From Mytilus trossulus (Eukaryota): 64,000 nucleotides of DNA. Numbering within the stretch: the first letter of the stretch is position 1; each line of letters starts with the position of its first letter. A model generated the notes under the pieces. That model was not told the DNA's origin. It worked only from the letters and a program-made list of their open reading frames with translations, and searched no databases. This document shows, piece by piece, positions 12,966-24,285 of the stretch. The stretch covers positions 48,112,001-48,176,000 of the forward strand of contig NC_086374.1 in assembly GCF_036588685.1 (NCBI RefSeq), given 5' to 3'. Both the position numbers and the translations under genes were made by a program.

Positions 12966-13644
12966 TGTGACAGTGGAAAAAGCAGCTTCGCTTCTTATTT
13001 TGGACTTTAATTTAAAATTCTCAATTTTGATATTTTAGACTTTAATTCTCTGTGTTTTATAATTCATTTTATTTTATATTTTCGTTTCTATTTACATTTC
13101 GTATCCAGGACTTAAATTCAACATGCTTTTAATTCTCAGTTTGGACATTGAGTGACATGTTGTAATCTGTTAGCTAATTAGCGACATTTTACCTTATTCA
13201 TAATGTATGTTTTTAATTGTCTTAATCAGATTATTATTCAATATCTATTCTTCAAGTTCTAAAAATAGTTTAATCTTTGTCAGTGAACAATATCACTCAA
13301 ATTAATTGTTATATGTTATGTCTATACTTGTCATTTCAATTGTGTATAAATACTTGTTTATAATTTTTATAAGCAAGATTCGGACTCAGGACTTTACACT
13401 GAACACAGTCCATCTGTAATAAAAGTAATAGTATTCCATGCTGAATTATTGGTTTATTCATCGCTAGTTCCAGAGTCTCAGTAGTTAGTTTTTCACCAGA
13501 GTTCCAGTGTCAGAGTTCTCATTGCTATTCACAGCAATCATTCGTTCGTGTGATCAGGTGCATCACACAGTTTCAGTAACAAGAGGCCATTCATTCAGGC
13601 TCTTGTTGCACGACCTCACAAGTCACCCAGTTTCCCCGGTGACA
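12966..13644 (+). repeat. LTR-A copy 1 (679 bp), preceded by a polypurine tract
   Basis: Ends TGTGACAG...CCGGTGACA. PPT GGGAGGAGAGG immediately upstream, after the 3' end of an ORF (..NRRGGRFR*). Confidence 0.9.
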
Positions 13645-14323
13645 TGTGACAGTGGAAAAAGCAGCTTCGCTTCTTATTTTGGACTTTAATTTAAAATTCT
13701 CAATTTTGATATTTTAGACTTTAATTCTCTGTGTTTTATAATTCATTTTATTTTATATTTTCGTTTCTATTTACATTTCGTATCCAGGACTTAAATTCAA
13801 CATGCTTTTAATTCTCAGTTTGGACATTGAGTGACATGTTGTAATCTGTTAGCTAATTAGCGACATTTTACCTTATTCATAATGTATGTTTTTAATTGTC
13901 TTAATCAGATTATTATTCAATATCTATTCTTCAAGTTCTAAAAATAGTTTAATCTTTGTCAGTGAACAATATCACTCAAATTAATTGTTATATGTTATGT
14001 CTATACTTGTCATTTCAATTGTGTATAAATACTTGTTTATAATTTTTATAAGCAAGATTCGGACTCAGGACTTTACACTGAACACAGTCCATCTGTAATA
14101 AAAGTAATAGTATTCCATGCTGAATTATTGGTTTATTCATCGCTAGTTCCAGAGTCTCAGTAGTTAGTTTTTCACCAGAGTTCCAGTGTCAGAGTTCTCA
14201 TTGCTATTCACAGCAATCATTCGTTCGTGTGATCAGGTGCATCACACAGTTTCAGTAACAAGAGGCCATTCATTCAGGCTCTTGTTGCACGACCTCACAA
14301 GTCACCCAGTTTCCCCGGTGACA
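13645..14323 (+). repeat. LTR-A copy 2 (679 bp), directly abutting copy 1 and followed by a PBS-like sequence
   Basis: Apparently identical to copy 1 with a CA|TG junction. TGGCGGAGTTG at 14328 is a candidate primer binding site. Confidence 0.9.
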
Positions 14324-14871
14324 GATATGGCGGAGTTGACCCGGGCATGATAAAAATTAGATTCTGAAACTGCATAGCTAGAATGTAGGTTGACAAAATT
14401 CATTCAAAATTATTTAAAACTAAAAATTTCAAAATTGAGACAACAGCAGGAGAGACTATGAGAGGAAGAGAGAACCAGTAGCAGGAGAGACAAGTTGAGG
14501 ATTAAACAACACATAACTAAAAGATAAGTACATCTTGCCTATTATAATACACTTTAATAACTTTTAAGTGAAAAGTATAGATGTATGTTGATTCTTGGTG
14601 TGAATCTGTTAACTTTAAATATATATATTTGTTTGTGCAAAAACTTTACAGGAGTTAAAATTCAGTTCAGGAGAAACTGTACTTGTGCAAATAATTTTAT
14701 ACGATCTGGAAATTTGACTCATAGTAGAGAGAATTTAACATTTAGTTCATGAGAGATTTTATTTGCATAATTAATGAAGTTATAACTTAAGGTAGAGAGA
14801 ATTGAACATAAACAATATACTGACAAAAATACTTTAAGTTTCAGTTTGGTAATTGGAATAGAAATATCATC

Positions 14872-15933
14872 ATGGGTAGAAAAAGGATTTCAAAAGGATG
14901 GTGCTGCCAAAGAGACAGATGTGCCAGGCTATCCAGTGTAATACCAGGAACAGCAAGTTTCCAGTTTACTACAACCATGGAGAGGAACTTTGTCGAAATT
15001 GGACTGGAGGACCACCAAGTGAGATGTTTAGTTGACAGCGGAGCATCTTTTAGCTGTATCAGTCAACATCAGCTGTACCGTCTAAACACCACTACAGCGA
15101 TACAGAAATCAACGATAAATAGTGCAATAGGTGTCTGTGGAGAAGTGCATGCGATAATTGGTGAAATAGTACTACAGCTATCTTTTGGACAATACAAAAT
15201 TTACCAGAAATTCCGTATATTTGAAACACTACATGCAAAAGCTATATTAGGATTAGATTTTTTGAGAGACAATAAAGTGAAAACCGACTTTGAAAATATG
15301 ACTTTAACAATACCAACTCAGAAGAATTCCGCAATGAACATGGAACATCAAGATAGTGTTGCTCATGTTACCATAGCAACCTTTCAAGACAATAGTGCAG
15401 TTACAGCTTTGGCAGAAACCGTGAATTCAGTGATTTTAGAACCTCAATCAGAAACAATTATACCAGTTAAAATTCCAAAATTTCAAATAGGAAGTATAGT
15501 AATTTTAGAACCGTGCCATAAACTTCAGTCACGCTTTTCTATAGCTGGTGGAAAAACAGTTTCAAATATTGATAATAATAACATGGGAATTTACAGACTT
15601 TTAAATCCAACGAATCAAACTATCTATTTGGACTCGAAATTACAAATTGCTGTTGCACAACTAGTTGACTTCAGAAATATTAATGCTTTCAAAGACCAAG
15701 ATGAAGGATTTTTATTCAGTGTTTTAGAAAGTGAGAAATATTCAAACAATAACAGTGCTGATATTTTAGCTGATTTAGGGATTAATTTAAGTGATACTGA
15801 CTTAAGTTTAAATCAACAACAAAAACTTTATAAATTTTTAAGCCAGAATAGAGACATATTTGCCAAGGATTTATCGGAACTGAAATGCATTATCATACCA
15901 TCCATACAAAAGGTGATAAGGTGGTTAGTTTAG
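14872..15933 (+). CDS. Ty3/Gypsy aspartic protease region (5' part of pol; gag absent)
   Basis: LVDSGAS and AILGLDFL retropepsin motifs. Ends with L..QQQKLYKFLSQNRDIFA, the typical pre-RT segment, then frameshifts into the next ORF. Confidence 0.88.
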   Translation: MGRKRISKGWCCQRDRCARLSSVIPGTASFQFTTTMERNFVEIGLEDHQVRCLVDSGASFSCISQHQLYRLNTTTAIQKSTINSAIGVCGEVHAIIGEIVLQLSFGQYKIYQKFRIFETLHAKAILGLDFLRDNKVKTDFENMTLTIPTQKNSAMNMEHQDSVAHVTIATFQDNSAVTALAETVNSVILEPQSETIIPVKIPKFQIGSIVILEPCHKLQSRFSIAGGKTVSNIDNNNMGIYRLLNPTNQTIYLDSKLQIAVAQLVDFRNINAFKDQDEGFLFSVLESEKYSNNNSADILADLGINLSDTDLSLNQQQKLYKFLSQNRDIFAKDLSELKCIIIPSIQKVIRWLV

Positions 15934-18900
15934 CACCTTATCGTCAATCACCACAGATGCGTGCTGAGATTGAACGACAACTAGATGAGATGGAGAGACA
16001 TGGTATCATCGAAGAATCTACCTCTCCTTTTCACAGCCCTGTAGTTCTCGTGAAGAAACAAAATGGTGAATTTCGGTTTTGTGTGGACTTCCGTGTGCTC
16101 AACAAGATAACAGAGCCACTTTCATTTGGAATTCCACACATGTCTGACATTTTGGATACATTAGCTGATGCCAAACCTGAGCTATATTCAACTATCGACC
16201 TTCGTTCAGGATTCTGGCAGGTACCGTTAGACCCTGCCACAAAATACAAGAGTGCCTTCATTACCCACAAGGGAGTTTACGAGTTCAACAGACTAGCATT
16301 TGGTATGATGAATTCACCTATGACATTCCAGTGTTTAATGACCAAAGTGCTGAAAAATCTAAATTTTAAGATCGCGTTAGTCTACATAGATGATGTTTTA
16401 ATTTTTTCCAAGAACTTTGAGGAACATTTACAACATTTAAATTTAGTGTTTACCAATTTAAGAAGTGCTAATCTAAAATTACATCCGTCGAAATGTAAAT
16501 TTGCAAAGAAGGAAGTTAAGTATTTAGGACATGTTATTTCTAAAAATGGAATTAAAGTGAACCCAGAAAACACAGAAAAAGTGAACAATTTTCATACTCC
16601 TAAGAATGCCAAACAAGTGAAAAGTTTTTTAGGAATGGCGAACTATTACAGAAAATTTGTGAAGGACTATGCGTGTATTGCCACACCGTTAACATCACTT
16701 TTAAAGAAAAATATGAAATTTAACTGGACATTGAAATGTCAGAAGGCATTTGATACTCTGAAAAATGCACTTATTTCCGCACCTATTCTAGTGTTTCCAG
16801 AATTTGATAAACCATTCATATTATCCACAGATGCATCTGAATATTCAATGGGATATGTGTTAAGTCAGATTCAGAATGGAGTGGAGCATTCCATTGCTTA
16901 TGGTGGAAGATCTCTTCGTGGTTCTGAACTTAGATGGCATATTACAGAAAAGGAAGCACTAGCTCTAGTGGATGGAATACAGCACTTCAAACATTATTTG
17001 GCAAATCAAGAATTCACTGTGTATACCGACAATGTATCTGTTAAGTATCTGCAGAAAATCAAAGACTGTCAAGGTCGTCTAGGAAGATGGAGTTTGCTAC
17101 TTCAGGGATACAACTTCAAGATTATACACCGTGAAGGCTCTAAGAATACTGCCGATTGTCTATCCAGGCAACAGTACACAAATTCAACAGCACAAGATTC
17201 AACCGATTTGGCAGAACATTTGTACAATATTAATGAAAAAGAGTATACTGAAACTGTGTTTTTTTATAAAGGAGAAAGTGAGGAAAATGTAATCGCGAAC
17301 ATACAAGAAACTGAAATTCAAGAACCGGAACTTATGAATTTATCCAAACATCAAAAAGAGTGTCGAGACTTTTCCGAAATTTACAATTATAAGTTTAATA
17401 GAGAATTACCAGATGATGCAATTTTAGCGAGAACAATAGTAGCGGAATCATACAATTTTGAAATAGAGGATGGAATTTTAAAACATTTTTATTCAAAGAG
17501 GTGTAAACAAGTACCAAGACATGAGCGTTTAGTGAAACAGATAGCTGTTCCTAGAATTTTACGTGACGACGTTTTGAGGTCTTACCATGACTGTATTCTA
17601 GGCGGTGGTCATCAAGGTTTCGACAGAACATACTCATCACTGCGTAATAAGTACTTTTGGCCTTCAATGTATGAGGATATTAAACAATATGTTAAGACAT
17701 GTGAAGTGTGTCAACAATCGAAAAGGAATTATGGTGCTAAACGACCACCTCTTAAACCACAAATAAGTGATGACATATTTAGTAGATGGCATATGGACAT
17801 ACTTAGTGGTCTACCTACAACTCCAGACAAATACAAACATGTACTTTTAGTGGTGGACAGCTATTCTAAGTGGAGTGAAATATTCCCTTTAAAAACACAA
17901 GAAGCTGGTGAGGTAGCAGGAATACTGTACAGGGAGATTATCTCACGATACGGAGCACCTAGAGTTCTCATATCAGACCGCGGCAGGAATTTTACGTCGA
18001 ACCTTGTAAAAGCATTATCTGAAATGTTTCAGATTACAAGACATTTAACGAGCTCCTATCATCCGCAAACAAATGGATCTGTTGAAAGAATGAACTCCGT
18101 TATTCTCCAATCTATTCGCAGTTATGCTAAAGATCAGCAAGATGACTGGGTTCATCTATTACCAGGAATCATGATGGCATACCGAGCCACTCCAGCAACT
18201 CAGTCAACTGATTTCTCACCATTTTTCTTGTTGTTTGGACGAGAGATGTGTCTGCCGATTGATACTTCTCTCATACCTAAGGAACATTTAGCCCAAGATC
18301 ATAGGATATTTTTAGGAAGAATTCTGCAAAATTTAGAAAGAACCAGGAAAATTGCATCAGAGAACATAGAAGTAGCCCAAGAGAGAAATAAACGCCAATA
18401 CGACAAGAATACACAGGAACCAGAATTTAGACCTACCCAAAGAGTTTGGCTATACTGTACTAAAGTTCCTGTAGGAAAGGCTCCAAAATTGCATCGTAAA
18501 TGGGTAGGTCCATATTATATAACTCTTGTGAACAGATCAAACCACACTTATAGAATCAGAAATTGTGCGAACAACAAAGAAGTGAAGTCACTAGTAACTG
18601 CGCATAGGTTGAAGCCGTACTATGACCCTAACACTAGACCAACTAATCCGCCTCCAGAATATGAAAATGATGACGATGAGTTAGATCCAGACGAAATAGG
18701 TCGACAAGATAACAACAACAGACAACAACAAAATCGAAGACAGCCAAATGGAGACAACAATGACAGACAACAACAGAACAGGGGACAGCAAAATGGAGAC
18801 AACAATGACAGACAACAACAGAACAGGGGACAGCAAAATGACAACAACAATGATAGACAACAACCAAACACAGACCAGAGAATTGGTAACAACAACCAGA

Positions 18901-19703
18901 ACCAACCACGCAATCTGCCTGTTGGCAACACAAAACCATCGTGTCAAGATTGTAAACGTGGAAATTGTACTCCATTTAGTGAAGAAAACATTGACCGTCT
19001 AATGGCTTCAAATCGAGGTAATGGTACACTATATTACAAAATAAAATTCAAAACAGGACAAACCGAGTGGCATTTTCCATGTAAAATTCCAACAAATATA
19101 GTGCGTCAATTTCATGCAGACAGAACAATGAGCGGGAAAAAGAGAAAAAGACCTCTAAATCAAACCAAGCATAAATTCTTTAATAAATCTGACAAACCAG
19201 GAAATGAAGAAAATAAGGAAACTAGTACCAATTCGCAAAAGGAATCTGTAAATGTGCTTTCAACCAATAACAACCCTTCTTTGGATTATTCACAACCTGA
19301 AAAATTACTAGCAGTGCGTTTAATAAATAAAAAGGCTTATTATCTGATTCAATCTGGAATTATTCAGAGGTGGCATTCAATTACATCTGTTCGAAACCAT
19401 GCTCATAATTTTATCAAATACTTTACAACAATCTTTGAGGAGAGATTGCTGAAAGAGAAATTGAACTATCTTCAGGAAAAACACCAAGGAACACTGAAAC
19501 AGGAATTTAGTAGCTGTGGTCAAGGATTTAAAGTACATGAAGCAAGAGTTGACAATAGTGGAAAAATGGAGTTTTTGTTAAGTTGGATGAACCCAAATAT
19601 GCCTCCAGAATGGCAGACTTTTGATGAAGTGCCGAATGGGTGCATTGACACTTTCTTAAAAGAATTAACTAAAGAGTTCCAAAGTGAGATAAATCCATGG
19701 TGA
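15885..19703 (+). CDS. pol: Ty3/Gypsy pol: RT, RNase H, integrase, Q/N-rich linker and chromo-like C-terminal modules
   Basis: RT: FCVDFR, IDLRSGFWQ, AFGMMNSP, YIDD, YLGH. RNase H: TDAS, EKEALA, YTDN. Integrase: HHCC zinc finger, D-SDRG-VER, GPY module. Confidence 0.97.
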   Translation: MHYHTIHTKGDKVVSLAPYRQSPQMRAEIERQLDEMERHGIIEESTSPFHSPVVLVKKQNGEFRFCVDFRVLNKITEPLSFGIPHMSDILDTLADAKPELYSTIDLRSGFWQVPLDPATKYKSAFITHKGVYEFNRLAFGMMNSPMTFQCLMTKVLKNLNFKIALVYIDDVLIFSKNFEEHLQHLNLVFTNLRSANLKLHPSKCKFAKKEVKYLGHVISKNGIKVNPENTEKVNNFHTPKNAKQVKSFLGMANYYRKFVKDYACIATPLTSLLKKNMKFNWTLKCQKAFDTLKNALISAPILVFPEFDKPFILSTDASEYSMGYVLSQIQNGVEHSIAYGGRSLRGSELRWHITEKEALALVDGIQHFKHYLANQEFTVYTDNVSVKYLQKIKDCQGRLGRWSLLLQGYNFKIIHREGSKNTADCLSRQQYTNSTAQDSTDLAEHLYNINEKEYTETVFFYKGESEENVIANIQETEIQEPELMNLSKHQKECRDFSEIYNYKFNRELPDDAILARTIVAESYNFEIEDGILKHFYSKRCKQVPRHERLVKQIAVPRILRDDVLRSYHDCILGGGHQGFDRTYSSLRNKYFWPSMYEDIKQYVKTCEVCQQSKRNYGAKRPPLKPQISDDIFSRWHMDILSGLPTTPDKYKHVLLVVDSYSKWSEIFPLKTQEAGEVAGILYREIISRYGAPRVLISDRGRNFTSNLVKALSEMFQITRHLTSSYHPQTNGSVERMNSVILQSIRSYAKDQQDDWVHLLPGIMMAYRATPATQSTDFSPFFLLFGREMCLPIDTSLIPKEHLAQDHRIFLGRILQNLERTRKIASENIEVAQERNKRQYDKNTQEPEFRPTQRVWLYCTKVPVGKAPKLHRKWVGPYYITLVNRSNHTYRIRNCANNKEVKSLVTAHRLKPYYDPNTRPTNPPPEYENDDDELDPDEIGRQDNNNRQQQNRRQPNGDNNDRQQQNRGQQNGDNNDRQQQNRGQQNDNNNDRQQPNTDQRIGNNNQNQPRNLPVGNTKPSCQDCKRGNCTPFSEENIDRLMASNRGNGTLYYKIKFKTGQTEWHFPCKIPTNIVRQFHADRTMSGKKRKRPLNQTKHKFFNKSDKPGNEENKETSTNSQKESVNVLSTNNNPSLDYSQPEKLLAVRLINKKAYYLIQSGIIQRWHSITSVRNHAHNFIKYFTTIFEERLLKEKLNYLQEKHQGTLKQEFSSCGQGFKVHEARVDNSGKMEFLLSWMNPNMPPEWQTFDEVPNGCIDTFLKELTKEFQSEINPW
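18715..18870 (+). repeat. In-frame 45-bp minisatellite in pol (QQQNRGQQNGDNNDR x ~3.5)
   Basis: Visible in both DNA and translation. Confidence 0.9.
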
Positions 19704-20088
19704 TTTGTTTTAAACAATTTGTGACTCGTTAGGACAGTGTTTGAGACTTGATAATAGTATTTTAGGAGCAAGTAAATCTATTTAGTTTTTCTAAAACATT
19801 TTTTTTGGGGGGTAGGTAGTTCTAGGACTTAGTGTGAGTGCACGCATACTATTTCTTATTACTACATCTTTTGATTTTGGTTAAAGTGTCTTGTCTTTTT
19901 GGAGATTTACACAAAAATATAAAGGTTGAGAGAAGCTAGCTAGCTGACAATTATTGTATATATATTTTTTTTTTCTGGCGCCAGGTTAAATATAATTTGT
20001 ATAGAGTGTATTGATATATTTTTAAGATGTTAATATGTGAATGTATATATCATGTTTGGGGACAAACATATTGGAGTAGGGGGGAATA

Positions 20089-20979
20089 TGTCATGGTGTG
20101 TAATTTGGCTTAAATTTGTGTTAGTGTTATTTTGGATAAAAATATGTTTTATTTTATGAAAGAAAATTTAATGTTTGTATTTTGTAAAAGTTTTAATTAA
20201 TCTGTTTAATTAATTTTACCTATGTTGTGGCATTAGTACTCGGAATGTCACAGTTTGCTCAAAGCACTTTATTTTGAAAAATTAATTGTAATTAACACAT
20301 GTCACTTTGAAAATTAAGAATTTTATCAAAACATTACAGGATTTAAAGGCTTTGTCAATTAAAGTATATTTTGCTAATGAGAGTATTATTAACATGTCGA
20401 GACATATTTATTTATTTTAGATTTTAGTATAAATATCGTTGGTAAATTTTGGGAAGGCAGTCAGTGTTTCGGAAGCGTAACCTCACACTACTCATGTCAT
20501 TATACTGGCTCTATAAGACTGTCTACCAGTCTACCAGTTGACTGTGTAGTGTGAGATAAAATTTATCTCTGACTCATAAATTTAACTTTAATAGAAAATA
20601 CTTTTGAGAAACTTTATTTTGAGACTTTATATTTTGAAATTGAGATTAAGTACATTTTATGATTTCGTAATTTTGGCATTGGATTTATATCTTACATTTT
20701 AAGGAGAAATAACTTTACTTTGGATTTGATATTTAGATTTGATACTTTATATTTTGATTAGATTATTATTATTATTTGGAATTGTTTACTAATTGATTTG
20801 TTATCATCATTCGTTTAAATTCGTTTACAGTAATTAAATTATGAAAACCTTCCTTGCGTTTTAGCTATGCCTATCAGAACATTAAGTCTAGCGATAGACT
20901 GACCCCCTGTCCCTTGGTTCAAGCACAAACGAGTTAGCTCCCCCTTATCTAACAGTGCTCTCGAGGAACCTTGGTGACA
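20089..20979 (+). repeat. LTR-B (891 bp), 3' LTR of the pol segment and unrelated to LTR-A
   Basis: PPT GGAGTAGGGGGGAA (20073-20086) then TGTCA...TGACA inverted termini. No second copy in the window. Confidence 0.78.
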
Positions 20980-21147
20980 TATCCAAAAATGGCGGACAAA
21001 TAGCGATAAGGTGTATTTTTTTTTACTTCTTCAAGTAAATAAAGATAACTTGTACAAGTAGTACCCCTGACTGTATGTCCCATAAATGGGCGTAAAACAA
21101 GCATTCTGTGAGTATTGCATGGCAATGCAAAATCCCCTACCATTTAA

Positions 21148-22108
21148 AACAAGAGTGCACACACTAAAATGTCTCGCCTTCTTTACTAATTATTGATATT
21201 ATGTTGATAGTCCTAATAATAAAGCTTTATTACAATTGTAACATAAACTTAACATAAACCAAGAAAACTAAACATTGACCTTTGAACCATGTCAATGAGG
21301 ACAAGGTCAGATGAACCATGCCAGGTAGACATGTACAGCTAACAATTCTTCTATACAACAAATAAAATTGATTTATTGCTTATAATTTAAGAAAAACAAA
21401 CTCAAACACAAAAGTTTAACACTGAGCAATGAACCGTAAAAAATGAGGTCAAGGTAAAATTAACCCTGCACGACTGACATGTAGGTCATGAAATATTTCC
21501 ATACACAAAATATAGTTGACCTATTGCATATAGTATTAGAAAAAAAGGCCAAAACTTAAAAACTTAACTTTGACCACTGAACCATGAAAATGAGGTCAAG
21601 GTAATATGACACCTGCCAGTTGGACATGTACACCTTACAGTGCTTCCATACACCGAATATACTAGACCTATTGCTCATAGTATCTCAGATATGGACTTGA
21701 CCACCAAAAATTAACCTTGTTCACTGATCCATGAAATGAGGTAGAGGTCAAGTGAAAACTGTCTGACGGGCAAGAGGGCCTTGCAAGGTACGCACATACC
21801 AAATATAGTTATCCTATTACTTATAATAAGAGAGAATTTAACATATTTACATTACAAAAAATCTTAACCTTTTTTTTAAGTAGTCACTGAACCATGAAAA
21901 TGAGGTCAAGGGCATTGGACATGTGACTGACGGAAACTTTGCAACGTGAGGCATCCATATACAAAGTATGAAGCATCCAGGTCTCCCACCTTCTAAAATA
22001 TAAAGCTTTTAAGAAGTGAGCTAACACCTCCGCCGCCGCTGTAGCCGCCACTGGATCACTATCCCTATGTCGTGCTTTCTGCGACAAAAGTAGCAGGCTC
22101 GACAAAAA
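21148..22108 (-). mobile_element. HINE/Helentron-like element (family 2)
   Basis: Ends AACAAGAGTGCACAC..ATGTCTCGCC and ..GCAGGCTCGACAAAAA. Tandem units containing TGAACCATGAAAATGAGGTCAAG and a GCC microsatellite remnant. Confidence 0.72.
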
Positions 22109-24142
22109 TCATTGTATTGAAACAAAAATGTAATTTGATTTATAACTTGTCATTGTAAACCTTAAAACAAAAGTCAAGTTAATGTATTTAAGCATGACAA
22201 GAAAAGTGTTTAAAACTGATTATTTAAGATAATTATCTAAGCCCAACAACCATTACTCTGCACAAAATTATCAAACAAAATCAAAATTTAACTGTTTCTT
22301 GGTATGATAAAGTTATATACTAATTATCAAATCCATATATTCAAAAATAACAAAAAAGGTGAAAAAAATTATTATTTTAGTGAATTTTCAAAAGTCAAAG
22401 GACCATAACCCTGCCCTAAATTAGACTGAAACAAAATTCAAACTTCTTTGTAACTTGCAATGATATAATAATCAAAGTGATGAATATCACTCATGGAAAG
22501 ATTAGAACAGAAGTTTGAATTATTTCATATTAAGGTACGGTGGGGAAAAATGAACATTTATAAAGAAAGCGCTATTGCTGAAAATTGTATTTACAGCAGG
22601 TCTTTAGAAGGAAACTTGCTTTTCCAGTATGAGGATAAATGAGCTCAAATCAAATAATATGGGTCTCTTAATATGCACAATTTTATTTAAACTGCAGTTT
22701 ATATCTCATCGAAATTATGTTGCCGGTTCTAAACATGTTTAAAAAAAACAAAAAAATTGCAAAAATTCTTCTAGTAAATGTTACTAGTAACACATAAATT
22801 TAGACCATCAGCTAAAAGCTTTAACGTGCTAACAAAAATAATCTAAAAATGTTGTTTTGGGGCATTTTGTAAGTTGAAACAGAGGTTATATGGCATTGAA
22901 AATTAAAGTTTTAGAGTGCCTTTTGATCAAATTTTGATGTATTTTTCAACCAATTTTATTTTTCAACGTAAACTAATTAAAAAACTAATTTTATTGAAAT
23001 GTGGATTCTTTCTTGATTGCAAAAATATATATTTACTTCAAATGAAAATTTAAAAGACTAAAATAGACAAAATGATTGACATGATTGACTAATAAACAAT
23101 GGTTTGTTATAATTAAATATTTATAAATTTTAAAACTGTTTCAAGCCAATTCCTGATAAAAAGTGAACTAATCTAAATTGTTAATTAATTACAGATGATT
23201 ATTGGAAATTTATCAAGTAAATTATAGGCCATACTTAAATACCTTTTATATATTCATATTTATATTCATATTTCATTTTTTTAGATCATTTTAATCCATT
23301 AATCATTTATCTTTCAGATATAATTTACAGAATTACTTTATGTAATGTAGATCAAAAGTAATTGGCAATAAATAAATCTATCATCCTTATAAATATCAAA
23401 CAAACAATCCACACATTTGTGTAATCAATTATGAGGTCAAATACTTGTGTATTAAGAATTAGATGCATATTGTAGTGGTCAGTAATTATGTAAGACTGAG
23501 GTTGATAGGTAATGTGGTCAATTTGATTGGCAGTTTAGGAGGTGGGGCATTGTAATTAAAGGTCCACCTTGTCTCTGATTGTTTAGTGATAATGACAGTT
23601 GTCAATCATACTAGTTGAATCAATACCACTTACCTAACCAAATGTTTTTAAAAAAGCCTGCACATCAACACACCTTAATGACATACATTCTTGAATGAAC
23701 TGCTCCAATAATATACCCAGTTTTTTTCAGTTTATTTGTGTATTATGTGCACATACATGAGAACTATAGGGAACTATATCTTAGTGTGAATACATTTAGT
23801 AACAGCAGCTAACCTGTCCTGTTGTTAGGGAGGGTGGTGCCTAAGTAAAGATTTAGAACAAGTTCTAATCTTTCCAAAAAAACAAACATCAAATCTTCAT
23901 GAATAACAAAAACAGTGAGTAAAACTAATTTGCAAAACTAATGCTGATTAAAGAAACAAACCAATACTTTAAACTTAAACTGCTCAGTGGACCGTGAAAT
24001 TAAAATAAAAACTCTAATTTGGCATTAAAATTAAAAAGATCATATCATAAGAAACTTCTTTTACCTAAAGAGAAACAAATGAACAAACGAGCGCACAGTC
24101 CAAAAAACTTAATGCCCATAAATGGGGCATACAAATTATTTT

Positions 24143-24285
24143 CAGGGGAGGATCCAGTCATTTCAAAAGGGAGGTTCCCAACACAAAACAAAGGGGGGTT
24201 CCAACTTTATGTCCCCATTCAAATGCATTAATCGGCCAAAAAATGGGGGGTTCAAACCCCGTAACCCTCCCCTGGATCCACCAAT
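24143..24285. mobile_element. Small GGCGGATCCAG-type MITE
   Basis: GGATCCAG...CTGGATCC inverted ends. A homologous copy in the opposite orientation lies at 38794-38938. Confidence 0.6.
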
